The notes under the pieces are model-generated. The model saw only the letters and a list, made by a program, of their open reading frames with translations, was not told where the DNA came from and did no database searches. From Candidatus Taenariivivens baikalensis (GTDB taxonomy: Bacteria > Omnitrophota > Omnitrophia > Omnitrophales > Aquincolibacteriaceae), in contig SICL01000001.1 of NCBI GenBank assembly GCA_009691445.1, positions 1,738 to 65,737 on the forward strand: DNA of 64,000 nucleotides, read 5' to 3'. The first letter of the stretch is position 1; every line of letters starts with the position of its first letter. A program made the position numbers and the translations under genes. Shown here in pieces: positions 19,220 to 29,734 of the stretch.

Positions 19220-19929
19220 TGAAACCAAAACTCTATCAATATTCGGCCTGCCCGTTTTGCTCCAAAGTAAGCACGATGCTTACTGCTAAAAAAGTGGACT
19301 ATGACATGGTCGAAGTCCACCCGCTCAAGAAGAACGAGATTGAATTTTCAAAAGACTACCAGAAAGTCCCCATCTATATCGATAGCCAGGGAACTCAGGT
19401 TAACGATTCGACCATGATCATGAGACATATTGAAATGGAATTTCCCGAAACAACCTTATTTGAACAGAGCGAAGAAGGAAAAGTCCGGGAAGAAAAATGG
19501 CTTGAGTGGTCGGAGGCTTACGTTCAGGGACTTCCCGCCGTGTTATATTCTAATCTTTTTAATGCCGTGGACGCCTTTAACTATATTACCCGCGTGGGGA
19601 AATTTGGCTGGTGGGAAAGACAGACAATTAAGTACTCCGGTGCTCTCATCATGACTCTTGTCGCCAAAAAAATTGCGAAGCGTCTTCAGATTGACCCTCG
19701 GGATTTTCTTAAACAAAAAGTCGATGAGTGGGGACTTGGTTTAGAGGGGAAATCTTTTCTGGGTGGTAATAGCCCTAATGCCGCTGACGTCGCGGTATTT
19801 GGAATTTCGCGGGTGGTTTTCGGCCTCAAACCGGCTCAGGCGTTTCAGGACAATCCCCTTTTCATGAACTGGCTTAAGCGGATGTCTCAAACGACCGGAA
19901 TTAGTATCGCTAATTTACAGCGTCCTTAG
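19216..19929 (+). CDS. glutaredoxin-2-like (GST-fold) protein
   Basis: N-terminal [12 protein letters not shown] thioredoxin-fold active site; about 230 aa GST-like length. Confidence 0.7.
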   Translation: MMKPKLYQYSACPFCSKVSTMLTAKKVDYDMVEVHPLKKNEIEFSKDYQKVPIYIDSQGTQVNDSTMIMRHIEMEFPETTLFEQSEEGKVREEKWLEWSEAYVQGLPAVLYSNLFNAVDAFNYITRVGKFGWWERQTIKYSGALIMTLVAKKIAKRLQIDPRDFLKQKVDEWGLGLEGKSFLGGNSPNAADVAVFGISRVVFGLKPAQAFQDNPLFMNWLKRMSQTTGISIANLQRP

Positions 19930-20689
19930 TATTCCCGGCACTTCCGCTATCGCAGAGTGAAGCTCTCAAATATTCGCGGTTCATCTTCGCAATAAATCCC
20001 ACGCTTATTTCCTTCGGGCAGGCTGCTTCACATTCGTAATGGTTGGTACAATTTCCAAAATTCTCATCGTCCATCGTTCGCACCATTGAGAGCACCCGCT
20101 TTTCTCGCTCCACCTGACCTTGCGGGAGCAAGGCAAGCTGCGAGACCTTTGCCGCCACAAAGAGCATGCCTGAGGCATTGGGGCAAGCTGCCACGCACGC
20201 TCCGCATCCGATACAAGCGGCGGAATCCATGGCACTATCGGCAGCATGTTTGGGCACAGGACTCATATTGGCCTCGGGAGCACTTCCTGTATTGACCGAA
20301 ACATAGCCTCCGGACTCAATAATGCGGTCAAACGCACTGCGGTCGACAATTAAGTCTTTGATAACAGGAAACGCCTTAGCGCGCCAGGGTTCAACAGTAA
20401 TCGTATTTCCGTGCTTAAAATGACGCATATGTAACTGGCAGGCCGTGGTTCCTTTTTCTGGACCATGCGGTTTGCCATCCACCGTGAGCGAACAAGCGCC
20501 GCAGATTCCCTCCCGGCAATCGTGATCAAAAGCAATCGGATCCTGATTTGCATGGATTAAGTCTTCATTGATGACATCTAACATTTCAAGAAACGACATA
20601 TGAGGATTTATATTCGGTGCGTTATAAATTTCAAATTTTCCCTTGGACGCAGAATCTTTCTGGCGCCAGACTTTAAGTTTAAGATCCAT
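19910..20689 (-). CDS. sdhB: succinate dehydrogenase/fumarate reductase iron-sulfur subunit
   Basis: 2Fe-2S (CREGICGAC), 4Fe-4S ([12 protein letters not shown]) and 3Fe-4S (CEAACP) cysteine clusters. Confidence 0.92.
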   Translation of the reverse strand: MDLKLKVWRQKDSASKGKFEIYNAPNINPHMSFLEMLDVINEDLIHANQDPIAFDHDCREGICGACSLTVDGKPHGPEKGTTACQLHMRHFKHGNTITVEPWRAKAFPVIKDLIVDRSAFDRIIESGGYVSVNTGSAPEANMSPVPKHAADSAMDSAACIGCGACVAACPNASGMLFVAAKVSQLALLPQGQVEREKRVLSMVRTMDDENFGNCTNHYECEAACPKEISVGFIAKMNREYLRASLCDSGSAGNTKDAVN

Positions 20690-22602
20690 TATTTGTAACT
20701 CCTCTCGGCCAAATGGACATTTTCAAAACTTAGCGGCTCCTGATTTAATCTTGGAGAGCAATCCGCCCCCTGATATTCCCATGCCGACACGTAACAGAAC
20801 TTGGTGTCGTCACGCTTCGCCTCACCTTCAGACGTTTGACTTTCTGTCCGAAAATGACCACCGCAGGATTCCGCGCGTTGAAGGGCGTCCAAACAAAGGA
20901 GCTCTGCAAAATCGATAAAATCTGCGACGCGTCCCGCTTTCTCCAGCGACTGATTCAGGGATTCATTCGAACCGGAAACTTTCACATTACTCCAAAACTC
21001 TTTTCGAATGCCGGGGATTTGTGCCAGCGCCTGCTTAAGCCCCAGCTCATTCCTCGCCATCCCGCAATAGTCCCAGAGTAATTTTCCAATTTGACGATGG
21101 AAATCATCCACGGTACGTTTACCGTTGATCGATAGAAGTCGGTTAATCTGATCCTTCACCTCGGTTTCAATTTTCAAGAATTCTGGATGACTCGCCGAAA
21201 TGACTCCGGGCTTCGTCCGTGCAAGGTAATCCCCAATCGTATAGGGTAGAATAAAATAACCGTCCGCAAGACCTTGCATCAGCGCACTAGCTCCCAAGCG
21301 ATTGGCACCATGGTCTGAAAAATTAGCCTCCCCGAGTACATAAAGTCCGGGAAGATTACTCATCAAATTGTAATCTACCCAAAGCCCGCCCATCGTGTAA
21401 TGAACCGCCGGATAAATCCGCATCGGGACCTTATAAGGATTTTCACCGGTAATTTTTTCATACATCTGAATTAAATTACTGTAGCGTTCGCGAATCACGG
21501 ATTCTCCAAGACGCTTAATGGCGTCAGCAAAATCCAGATAAACACCCAGACCCGTTTCCCCCACGCCACGACCTTCATCACAAACTTCTTTAGCGCTTCG
21601 CGACGAGATATCCCGCGGCGCAAGATTCCCGTAGCTTGGGTATTTTCTTTCGAGGTAATAATCGCGTTCGGCTTCTGGAATTTCCTGAGGGGGACGTTTA
21701 TCCCCCTTTTGCTTGGGAACCCAAATACGCCCGTCATTTCGGAGAGACTCGGACATGAGAGTCAGCTTGGACTGATAATCCCCCGATACAGGAATACACG
21801 TGGGATGAATTTGGGTATAACAGGGATTCGCAAAAAATGCTCCGCGTTTGTAAGCCCTGTAGGTTGCTGTGACATTGCAACCTTTGGCATTTGTGGAAAG
21901 ATAAAAAGCATTTCCATAGCCGCCGGTGGCAAGCACCACGGCATCCGCTGCATGTCTGCGAATTTGTCCCGTAATTAAATCCCGAACAATAATTCCTTTA
22001 GCAGCTCCATCCACGACCACAAGATCGAGCATTTCAGTTCGAGGATACATGGTGACCTGCTTGAGATGAATGGCCCGCGCTAAAGCCTGGTAAGCTCCGA
22101 GAAGAAGCTGCTGTCCCGTTTGTCCTCGCGCATAAAAAGTCCGGGAAACCTGCGAACCTCCAAAGGAGCGATTGGCCAGATAGCCGCTATACTCACGGGC
22201 AAAAGGAACTCCCTGAGCCACACATTGATCAATAATTGAATTGCTGATTTGAGCGAGTCGGTAAACATTTTCTTCGCGAGCCCGGAAATCGCCACCCTTG
22301 ATCGTATCGTAAAAAAGGCGGCGAATACTGTCGCCATCATTAGGATAATTTTTTGCCGCATTAATACCACCCTGAGCCGCAATGCTGTGGGCACGGCGCG
22401 GACTATCCTGAAAGCAAAAAGAGTCAACTTGATAACCGAGTTCCGCTAAACTTGCTGCCGCGGAAGCCCCAGCCAGGCCTGTACCAACCACAATCACTTT
22501 GTATTTGCGTTTGTTGGCGGGACTCACAAGCTTCATATTAAATTTGTGATTGTCCCATTTTTCGTGAAGGAGTCCGGCAGGAACCCTGGCATCCAATGTC
22601 AT
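20689..22602 (-). CDS. sdhA: succinate dehydrogenase/fumarate reductase flavoprotein subunit
   Basis: FAD-binding [10 protein letters not shown] and the conserved catalytic domain. Confidence 0.93.
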   Translation of the reverse strand: MTLDARVPAGLLHEKWDNHKFNMKLVSPANKRKYKVIVVGTGLAGASAAASLAELGYQVDSFCFQDSPRRAHSIAAQGGINAAKNYPNDGDSIRRLFYDTIKGGDFRAREENVYRLAQISNSIIDQCVAQGVPFAREYSGYLANRSFGGSQVSRTFYARGQTGQQLLLGAYQALARAIHLKQVTMYPRTEMLDLVVVDGAAKGIIVRDLITGQIRRHAADAVVLATGGYGNAFYLSTNAKGCNVTATYRAYKRGAFFANPCYTQIHPTCIPVSGDYQSKLTLMSESLRNDGRIWVPKQKGDKRPPQEIPEAERDYYLERKYPSYGNLAPRDISSRSAKEVCDEGRGVGETGLGVYLDFADAIKRLGESVIRERYSNLIQMYEKITGENPYKVPMRIYPAVHYTMGGLWVDYNLMSNLPGLYVLGEANFSDHGANRLGASALMQGLADGYFILPYTIGDYLARTKPGVISASHPEFLKIETEVKDQINRLLSINGKRTVDDFHRQIGKLLWDYCGMARNELGLKQALAQIPGIRKEFWSNVKVSGSNESLNQSLEKAGRVADFIDFAELLCLDALQRAESCGGHFRTESQTSEGEAKRDDTKFCYVSAWEYQGADCSPRLNQEPLSFENVHLAERSYK

Positions 22603-22614
22603 AATATCCTTATC

Positions 22615-23298
22615 CTAATGAGAGGCTTTAATGATTCCCAGCCAGCAAGCGGTTGGAATGGATGAGTACCCTAAAAAAATAACGGCAGCAATCAAACGGC
22701 CCATTTTTTCATAACCGTGCAAGGAACTCTCATTCGCAATTCCCAATGTTTGGAGGGCGCTGGAGAAACCATGGCTCAAGTGAAGACTTAAAAGGATCAT
22801 CGAAACAAAATACGCAAGAGCAATTGGGAGTTCATGGAAACTCAACACCACCAACGTATAAACGTCACGGCGGCCGTCGGCATCCAGAAGATGAGAGATC
22901 TGGGGATGCGTAACACGAAACGTGAAATGGAGAAGATGAAAAATAATATAGGCTAGTACCAGGAGTCCGGAAATTGCCATCGTGGTGGCTGCGAAAGTTG
23001 TTCGGGTATTTTTTTTACCCAGATAACCCAGGGGTCTCGCTTGACGATTTTCCCGGGCGAGACAAAGGCCGCTCCAAATATGTAGGACGACCATTACCAT
23101 CAGCCCAATCCGAGCAACCCATAAAATCTCGCCCAGGCTTTCGAGCTTTTCGGCGTATCCATTCAGTGCCGCAGGACCGGCGAAAATGAGTAGATTGCCT
23201 AGCATATGTATGATCACAAAACCGAAGAGGGCCAGGCCAGAGACCGCCATCACCACTTTCCGACCAATCGAGGAACTTAAAATCGACTGCCAATTCAT
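22615..23298 (-). CDS. sdhC: succinate dehydrogenase cytochrome b subunit (five-TM, B. subtilis type)
   Basis: Five predicted TM helices with conserved His; sits upstream of sdhA-sdhB. Confidence 0.8.
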   Translation of the reverse strand: MNWQSILSSSIGRKVVMAVSGLALFGFVIIHMLGNLLIFAGPAALNGYAEKLESLGEILWVARIGLMVMVVLHIWSGLCLARENRQARPLGYLGKKNTRTTFAATTMAISGLLVLAYIIFHLLHFTFRVTHPQISHLLDADGRRDVYTLVVLSFHELPIALAYFVSMILLSLHLSHGFSSALQTLGIANESSLHGYEKMGRLIAAVIFLGYSSIPTACWLGIIKASH

Positions 23299-23359
23299 AA
23301 AACCTACCCAATAATTATCAAAAGAGTATTAAGTACCTATCTGGTTATGAACTTACTCT

Positions 23360-23430
23360 TCATTGCGAGCAAAGCGAAGCAATCTCCGGGCTCTAGATTG
23401 CCGCGGCCGCTACGCTCCCTCGCAATGACG
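23360..23430. repeat. dispersed hairpin repeat copy E (intergenic between sdhC and the DsbD-like gene)
   Basis: CATTGCGAGCAAAGCGAAGCAATCTC...GCTACGCTCCCTCGCAATGACG. Confidence 0.8.
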
Positions 23431-23500
23431 CAGTTTATTATCAGGATAGGCTCTAAGAAATATGTGGAATAGTATACGGCGAATTATCCAAAATCTAAAA

Positions 23501-24346
23501 CTAAAATTCCTGAATCCCTGATTTTTCCGGTTTCAAGCGAACCTGATCGTAGACCATCGCCGAACCCGTATCGATTGCCAGAACGCCTTCGAGTTTTTCT
23601 AAATCTCCCGTAAAAATCTTTGACCGGCGCAGGAGCACTTCAAAACCAGCCTGATTGCTGCGAAACTTTTCCCCCGCCTCGTGCTTAAAAAAATCCGAGT
23701 TCTCTGGGAAAAAATAAATCGATTTGATGGGAAATTCATGATTCGGCTTGAAATGAATCAGCGCAAATTGATCGGAATAGCGGGCGGAAATCTCCCAACC
23801 TTGGTAATCCTGAGGAACGCGGGCTTGGTATCTTTCAATCGTTCTTATTTCCTGAGAATTACGCACCGCTTTTCCCTTCGCCGCAGGAATTTCCCGGACA
23901 ATGCGGGCCTTCCCGGGAACACAAAGATCGTGGCAAGCCAGCCACGCAACATCGGCTTTCAGCGTTATCGACTTTCCTGAGAAACTGGGTGTCACCGTGG
24001 CTTCACTCAGAAGCACGACTTCTTTTGAATATCCGTACGTAAGGATCGCCGGAAGAATGATTTTCTCGGGAGCCGGCCACTCAAGGGGAGAAAAATTAAT
24101 CGGAGGATGGCCCACCCACTTTACAGATGTGGCAAGACCCGAGTCACCCGGATTGATCCAATAAATGTGCCAGTCAGGATCCATCGTAAAATGGATTCCG
24201 ACCGTAAATGGTTTACCCGGAGCAAAGGCCTTAACAGATGACAAAATCTCGGGATGGATATGAGATTTTGTTTTTTGAGCATACCCCAAACACGGAAGCA
24301 GTCCCATCAATACTGCAAGAATGATAATTCGTCTTTTAGCGCGCAT
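23501..24346 (-). CDS. secreted protein with a DsbD N-terminal (alpha) domain-like fold
   Basis: Signal peptide; HIYWINPGDSG motif and CHDLC cysteine pair, as in the DsbD alpha domain. Confidence 0.55.
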   Translation of the reverse strand: MRAKRRIIILAVLMGLLPCLGYAQKTKSHIHPEILSSVKAFAPGKPFTVGIHFTMDPDWHIYWINPGDSGLATSVKWVGHPPINFSPLEWPAPEKIILPAILTYGYSKEVVLLSEATVTPSFSGKSITLKADVAWLACHDLCVPGKARIVREIPAAKGKAVRNSQEIRTIERYQARVPQDYQGWEISARYSDQFALIHFKPNHEFPIKSIYFFPENSDFFKHEAGEKFRSNQAGFEVLLRRSKIFTGDLEKLEGVLAIDTGSAMVYDQVRLKPEKSGIQEF

Positions 24347-26045
24347 CTTTATACGGGCTCTGCCAAACCACGTGTCCTACAAAAAACGGGCCAAGTGACT
24401 GAATGTATTTCGTGGTTTGCTGGGTTTTTCGCATATCCTGAATCAAACGTGATAAGGGATACAGATCAGACCCGACAAGACCGATCACAAACTCGTTATC
24501 GTTTTTATCGATCCCATAACAGGAAAGGCGGACATCTGAAGCCAGACCCGCCGCCCCATAACTCATCCCTAGCATCGCGTGCTCCATCAGAATCTTCCCC
24601 TGCTCTTCACGAGTGAGAAGCGAAAACTCGGGCTTACGGCGTAACGGATACCAAACCGCCCAAGGCCAGTCGGTATTTAAGGCGTTGCGGCGATATTTAT
24701 TGAGCAGCCAATCTTCGAGGTCCTGCTCCCGCCCGCTGGAATAAGTACGCCCAAGCATCGTTAAATCAGATTTGGGAGCAAGCGCCTTAAATTCTTCTGA
24801 TACGAATAAATCAGCACCGTCTTTGACGAGTTTTTCCGGTTTTTCTGACATCAAAAGTACTCCGATGCCGTACGGATCATTCAAATCGCGGTAAAGCACC
24901 GTCTCTAAACTCGAAGCTTTAAGTTTTTGTACTATTTTTTCAAGATGGAAAGCACCGGTAAAGCAAAATAGCTGGAAATACATACGCCGGTCAGTCACTT
25001 GAGGCTGGCCATTTTTAGCGGCGCCTTTTTCCCGGATATCCAATGGTTCTGCGGAAGTGGCTGGGTGATGCGGTGCTGACGTAGCTGCGGGGGTTGTCAC
25101 TTTTAAACTCCTTGGCGTTGTTGTCTGCATCGTTTGGCGGATTGAATCCGTCCACATTGAAATAAATGCCGGATGATCCATAACCGTTGAGGCTCGGTAG
25201 AACGAAAGTCCAAGCTTGGCTGCCTCGGCCTTCGCCTCAATATCCAAATCATAAAGAACCTCCGCATTATCACAAAGAAATCCGATTGGGACAAGGAGAA
25301 CGCTCTGTTTTCCTTTTTGGGCCGCCTGCTCAATTGTTGCCGTGATATCCGGCTCAAGCCAGGCCGTAAACGGATTTCCGCTCCGAGATTGATAAGCATG
25401 AGTCCAGTCAACTCTTCCAAGCGCATCTGCAGTCAGACGACTGGACTCCATAAACTCATCCTGGTATTGGCATTGACTAGCCATTGTCAAAGGAATGGAA
25501 TGATTGGTAAAAATAATTTGGAGTGAGGCTTTCCGATCCTCAGGAATTTTGGAAAGGAGCGTGCGAACCTGCTCCGATTGCGCCTCAATAAAACGAGAAT
25601 GGTTGTGCCAGGGCTCCACCCCAAAGTATTCCAAATGAGTTGCATCTGCGTCCTTTTTTGCTTCTTCAAGATTTTGAAGATAGCGATCATAACTTACCTC
25701 GGAGCGATGGGGAGCCAGAATAAGCGCAATTCCTTTTTTTAATCCTCGGGCCTTGATAGTCGTAAGCGCGTCTTTCAAAAATGGATGCCAGTTACGCATC
25801 CCGACAAAAACCGGAAGATGAATTCCCTCGTTCAAAAGTTGGTCTTCCAGGGCCTTGATAAGACGAAAGGTGTATTCGTTATAAGGCGAGCGCCCTCCGA
25901 TCACCTCATAGTGATGAGCCACGTCATCCAAACGCTCTTGAGGAATATTTCTTCCCCGTGTAACGACTTCAAGGAAGGGGCGAATTTCTTCGGGCTTGGT
26001 CGGACCTCCGAATCCAATGACCAGAATATGATCAAACGCAGACAT
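24336..26045 (-). CDS. hemH-hemQ: fused coproporphyrin ferrochelatase plus coproheme decarboxylase (HemH-HemQ fusion)
   Basis: N-terminal 300 aa is ferrochelatase family; C-terminal 250 aa is chlorite dismutase-like/HemQ family. Confidence 0.8.
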   Translation of the reverse strand: MSAFDHILVIGFGGPTKPEEIRPFLEVVTRGRNIPQERLDDVAHHYEVIGGRSPYNEYTFRLIKALEDQLLNEGIHLPVFVGMRNWHPFLKDALTTIKARGLKKGIALILAPHRSEVSYDRYLQNLEEAKKDADATHLEYFGVEPWHNHSRFIEAQSEQVRTLLSKIPEDRKASLQIIFTNHSIPLTMASQCQYQDEFMESSRLTADALGRVDWTHAYQSRSGNPFTAWLEPDITATIEQAAQKGKQSVLLVPIGFLCDNAEVLYDLDIEAKAEAAKLGLSFYRASTVMDHPAFISMWTDSIRQTMQTTTPRSLKVTTPAATSAPHHPATSAEPLDIREKGAAKNGQPQVTDRRMYFQLFCFTGAFHLEKIVQKLKASSLETVLYRDLNDPYGIGVLLMSEKPEKLVKDGADLFVSEEFKALAPKSDLTMLGRTYSSGREQDLEDWLLNKYRRNALNTDWPWAVWYPLRRKPEFSLLTREEQGKILMEHAMLGMSYGAAGLASDVRLSCYGIDKNDNEFVIGLVGSDLYPLSRLIQDMRKTQQTTKYIQSLGPFFVGHVVWQSPYKDAR

Positions 26046-27579
26046 GATTAAAATCCTTAATCAATTGAGCCGCATTTTTTTTCGCCTCAGAGACCGTATC
26101 TGGAATCCCAATACCGCGATAGGCATTGCCGGTTAAATAAAGACCGGGAAGGGACTTTGCCTGAGCCTCGATTTTCTCAACGCGATCCCGATGACCGATT
26201 TTATATTGAGGAAGCCCCTCGGCATAGTGCATCACCCATGTTTTGACGGGTTCGGTGCTGATTTTTAAAATCTTCTGAATTTCCTGGGCAATGATTTTAG
26301 CAAAGGCGTCATCGGATTCTAATTTTAATTCTTGATAGGCATTCCGCCCCACAAAGGCCCGAAGCAAAGTCTTTCCTTGAGGCGCTCGACCAGAAAATTT
26401 TAGACTCGAAAAACTGCAGCCCAGCAGTAAAGAACTTTCGGTTTTTGGAACAACGAAGCCAAATCCTTCGTTCGCTTTTGAAATCACTGGCTGATCATAG
26501 GCGAGATTGACAACGGCGATGGACTCGTACGGGATAGCCGCTAAGTCCTGCGAAATTGATGCTAATACAGAGATTGCTTCTCCACCGAAGGACGGATCCA
26601 CCTCTGTCTGTGTTGCTAACCCCTTCGGACTCCTCGCAATGACCTCATTGCGAGCGAAGTGAAGCAATCTCGATGCAATGGAGGCCGGTACGGCCAAGCA
26701 TACGGCGTCAGCTTCTTCGATCTCTCCCGTACTCTTGACGATCTTCCAGGTCTCACCCTGGCGCTCGATGCCAGTGACCCGTGTTTGATCCTTAATCGTA
26801 TGATGGTTGATCTTTTTTTCAAGAGCTTCGATTAAAGTGCTCATCCCTTGTTTGAAAGAAAGAAAAAGACTGTAACGGGGGCCGCTGGCCTCAAGGAAAT
26901 CGCCGGTAGATTTCAAACGTTTCTCTCTAAGATAGCCAAGGAAAACACTTCCAAATTTTTTTTCAAGTTCTTTAAACTTAGGAAATGCCGACTGAATACT
27001 CAGCTGAAAAAGATCAGCGGAATAAATTCCTCCCAACATCGGCTCGGCGAGCTTCTCAAAGGCTTCCCGTCCAAACCGTCTTACCACAAAATCGCCGACA
27101 CTTTCATCGGCCGAATCTCGTTTGGCGGGAATGAATATCTCCAAGGCCATCCGAAGCTTTCCCAAAAAACTTATCGAGGGAAGATTCCAAAGCGCGTTCC
27201 AATCCGTGGGGGTCATCAAATAAAAACCTTTTGGAACCGGGTGCAAAAGGTTCCCGGAACAGATGAAACTGCGGCGATTTTTTTCCTGAGTAGGAATCAA
27301 TTCATCGGTCAGGTTTAGATCCTGGCAAAGATCCAGAATAGCTGGGTTCTCAGAAAGAAAGGCGTCCGGGCCGTCTTCGATTAAATAGCCATCCTCAAAA
27401 CGGGTGTGAAGGATTCCGCCAAGACGCGGACTCGCTTCAAGGAGGGTGATGTGTATAGGAAGATGCGATTCTTCCGCAAATTTTTGCAAATAAAAGGCGG
27501 TACTAAGTCCGGCAATACCTCCGCCCACAATCACGATCCGCTTCGGACTTGTCATAACACTAGCGGGCGCTAAGCTCAT
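26032..27579 (-). CDS. hemY: proto/coproporphyrinogen oxidase (FAD-dependent, HemY family) with a repeat-derived insertion
   Basis: IVIVGGGIAGLSTAFYL FAD motif; HemY-family length and position in the heme cluster. Confidence 0.85.
   Translation of the reverse strand: MSLAPASVMTSPKRIVIVGGGIAGLSTAFYLQKFAEESHLPIHITLLEASPRLGGILHTRFEDGYLIEDGPDAFLSENPAILDLCQDLNLTDELIPTQEKNRRSFICSGNLLHPVPKGFYLMTPTDWNALWNLPSISFLGKLRMALEIFIPAKRDSADESVGDFVVRRFGREAFEKLAEPMLGGIYSADLFQLSIQSAFPKFKELEKKFGSVFLGYLREKRLKSTGDFLEASGPRYSLFLSFKQGMSTLIEALEKKINHHTIKDQTRVTGIERQGETWKIVKSTGEIEEADAVCLAVPASIASRLLHFARNEVIARSPKGLATQTEVDPSFGGEAISVLASISQDLAAIPYESIAVVNLAYDQPVISKANEGFGFVVPKTESSLLLGCSFSSLKFSGRAPQGKTLLRAFVGRNAYQELKLESDDAFAKIIAQEIQKILKISTEPVKTWVMHYAEGLPQYKIGHRDRVEKIEAQAKSLPGLYLTGNAYRGIGIPDTVSEAKKNAAQLIKDFNHVCV
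26632..26682. repeat. dispersed hairpin repeat copy F (inside hemY, in-frame)
   Basis: CCTCGCAATGACCTCATTGCGAGCGAAGTGAAGCAATCTCG. Confidence 0.8.
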
Positions 27580-29512
27580 GAACCATTTCGATCAGTGAGA
27601 TGACATGATCGACGGGAGTGGTGGGAAGAATTCCGTGGCCTAGATTAAAGATGTAACCGGTCCGCTGTTCCGATTGTTTGATGATTTTTTCTACATTTTT
27701 TCTGATGATCGGAAGCGGCGCCAACAAAACTGCAGGATCCAGATTCCCCTGAATCGCCTGGTCGTGCCCAATCAATTTCCAGGCCCTGTCCAAATCCACC
27801 CGGTAATCAACTCCCGTGACTTGTCCTCCAGCTTCTCTTATCAAATCCAGAAATCCCGCGGTATTTGTCCCGAAATGAATCACTGGAATATCCGGAGAAA
27901 TTTCTTTCAGAATCGATTGAGTGTGAGGCATCACGTAATGTTTATAATCCTCGGGAGACAGACATCCCACCCAGGAGTCGAATACTTGCAACGCATCAGC
28001 TCCTGCCTCGACCTGTTTTTTGAGATACACCGTAAGTCCGCGTGAAATCTTCTCCATCAGAAGATGCCAGGCTTTTTCCTCCTGATACATAAATTGTTTG
28101 GTTTTAAGAAAATTCTTGGATCCTCCGCCCTCGATCGCGTAAGCGGCCAGAGTGAACGGCGCTCCGCAAAAACCAATCAGCGGGATATTCTTCTTCAGAT
28201 TAGCGCGCGTGAGGCGGATCGCGTCATAAACAAACGAAAGGCTTTCCCCCGGATTCATCTCGTGGAGTTTTTGGACATCGGAGATATTGTGAATTTCACC
28301 GGAAATCATGGGGCCGTCTCCCGATAAATATTCTAGCCCCAGTCCCATTGGTTCAAGCGCAACAAGGATATCAGAAAAAATAATTGCGGCATCGGCCTTA
28401 ATTTTCTCAACGGCTTGGATGGTAACTTCGGCGGCTAAGTCGCTGCGCTTGCAGAGCTCGAGAAATGGGACTTTACTGCGAATCGCATTGTATTCCTTCA
28501 TGTAACGTCCAGCCTGACGCATGAGCCAAACAGGTGTATAGGGCACGGGCTCGCGAAAGCACGCTTTCATAAAAGGGCTCTGACGTCTTAAAGCCCGTTC
28601 AGATAGGTCGACGATGGCCGGCGCTGAGGTCAGACGAATGTGCGGAGTTGGCTGGCGTTTTGCTTCTATAATTTCGTGAATATTCTGGGCCATTTCCGAT
28701 ACCAAGTGTCCCATTTTCGGATGACTCGGCTCAAAGTCCACGCTAAGACCGCTTTCTTGAATAGCGGCTGTCGCGGTCGGACCGATGGATGCAATCACGA
28801 TTTGTTTGGATCCCTTCCGAAAGTTTTCTTCCAGTCCATGCTCAGAAGCAAGACGAATCATATTGCGGATCTGATTGGCGCTTGTGACCATCAAAACTTG
28901 GACATTTCCTTCTGCAATTTCGCGAATGGCTTCAAGAAGTGGGGCCGTGTCCGGCGGCAGGGCCCAGCGATAAACAGGAACTCGGATAATGTTTGCCCCA
29001 CGCTTCTTAAGGCCCGCGATAAAATCAGGGTTATCTTCTCCGTATTCCTGAATCGCAACCGATTTTCCCTTAAGAGTAATTCCCTTTTCACTGTAGTCCA
29101 GGGTCTCAAGGATTTCTCTCCAGGTATTGGGCTCCGGGACAGTAATCGTAACCGGAATCTTAAATTCCCGTAGAACCTGAACCGATTTCGGCCCGCGTGC
29201 CACGACACAGGTTTTGGAAAGAGCTGCTCCAATGTCCGTCAAAGAATGGCGTTTGGCCATCACATCAAAAAGAAAGCGCGCGCCGACTCCCGTCATGAAA
29301 ATCACCATATCAATTTTTCCCGCGAGAAGTTTTTCGGCGAAATGAAACGCTTCGGGATTATTCTCCAGAGGGATTTCCTGCATTGAGGGAGCGCTGATTG
29401 GGATTCCCCCGAAGCGGGCAATATGCTGGCAGATAATATCCGCCTGCCGGCTTTCCAGTGTGACGACTTTGAGGCCTTGAAATCCAGTGGGTGGTAGAGA
29501 AGTTTTCGTCAT
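27560..29512 (-). CDS. hemD-hemE: fused uroporphyrinogen-III synthase plus uroporphyrinogen decarboxylase (HemD-HemE)
   Basis: N-terminal 290 aa is HEM4 family; C-terminal part carries the URO-D signature PVWLMRQAGRY. Confidence 0.85.
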   Translation of the reverse strand: MTKTSLPPTGFQGLKVVTLESRQADIICQHIARFGGIPISAPSMQEIPLENNPEAFHFAEKLLAGKIDMVIFMTGVGARFLFDVMAKRHSLTDIGAALSKTCVVARGPKSVQVLREFKIPVTITVPEPNTWREILETLDYSEKGITLKGKSVAIQEYGEDNPDFIAGLKKRGANIIRVPVYRWALPPDTAPLLEAIREIAEGNVQVLMVTSANQIRNMIRLASEHGLEENFRKGSKQIVIASIGPTATAAIQESGLSVDFEPSHPKMGHLVSEMAQNIHEIIEAKRQPTPHIRLTSAPAIVDLSERALRRQSPFMKACFREPVPYTPVWLMRQAGRYMKEYNAIRSKVPFLELCKRSDLAAEVTIQAVEKIKADAAIIFSDILVALEPMGLGLEYLSGDGPMISGEIHNISDVQKLHEMNPGESLSFVYDAIRLTRANLKKNIPLIGFCGAPFTLAAYAIEGGGSKNFLKTKQFMYQEEKAWHLLMEKISRGLTVYLKKQVEAGADALQVFDSWVGCLSPEDYKHYVMPHTQSILKEISPDIPVIHFGTNTAGFLDLIREAGGQVTGVDYRVDLDRAWKLIGHDQAIQGNLDPAVLLAPLPIIRKNVEKIIKQSEQRTGYIFNLGHGILPTTPVDHVISLIEMVHELSAR

Positions 29513-29613
29513 GGTTGGCTATGATACGACCTGACGTGATAAAGATCAATCACCGAAGAGGTTTGCGGGTGCGCGAGTGAGCGAGTGAGCCGGTGTGGGG
29601 GTGGGATACCACC

Positions 29614-29727
29614 AATTGTCGGCGGCCGCCGACAATTAAGATACAATCTTAATCACCGTCGGGCGCCGGAAATTGGGCAGGGCGTGCAAACTTGCCTCTG
29701 TCCCCGTCCTTGGTGACGGTCACCAAG
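29614..29727. promoter_or_regulatory. three consecutive perfect or near-perfect palindromes in the msrB / hemD-hemE intergenic region
   Basis: AATTGTCGGCGGCCGCCGACAATT (24-bp perfect), TTAAGATACAATCTTAA, CTTGGTGACGGTCACCAAG (19-bp perfect). Confidence 0.5.
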
Positions 29728-29734
29728 TTTATAT

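Noticed and set aside
19910-19929. Apparent 20-nt overlap of convergent glutaredoxin-like and sdhB 3' ends
   Set aside because: This is a convergent-gene overlap rather than a feature.
29709-29727. CTTGGTGACGGTCACCAAG as the intrinsic terminator of msrB
   Set aside because: There is a perfect palindrome immediately after the msrB stop, but no U-rich tract follows on the transcribed strand. Treated as a probable protein-binding site instead.
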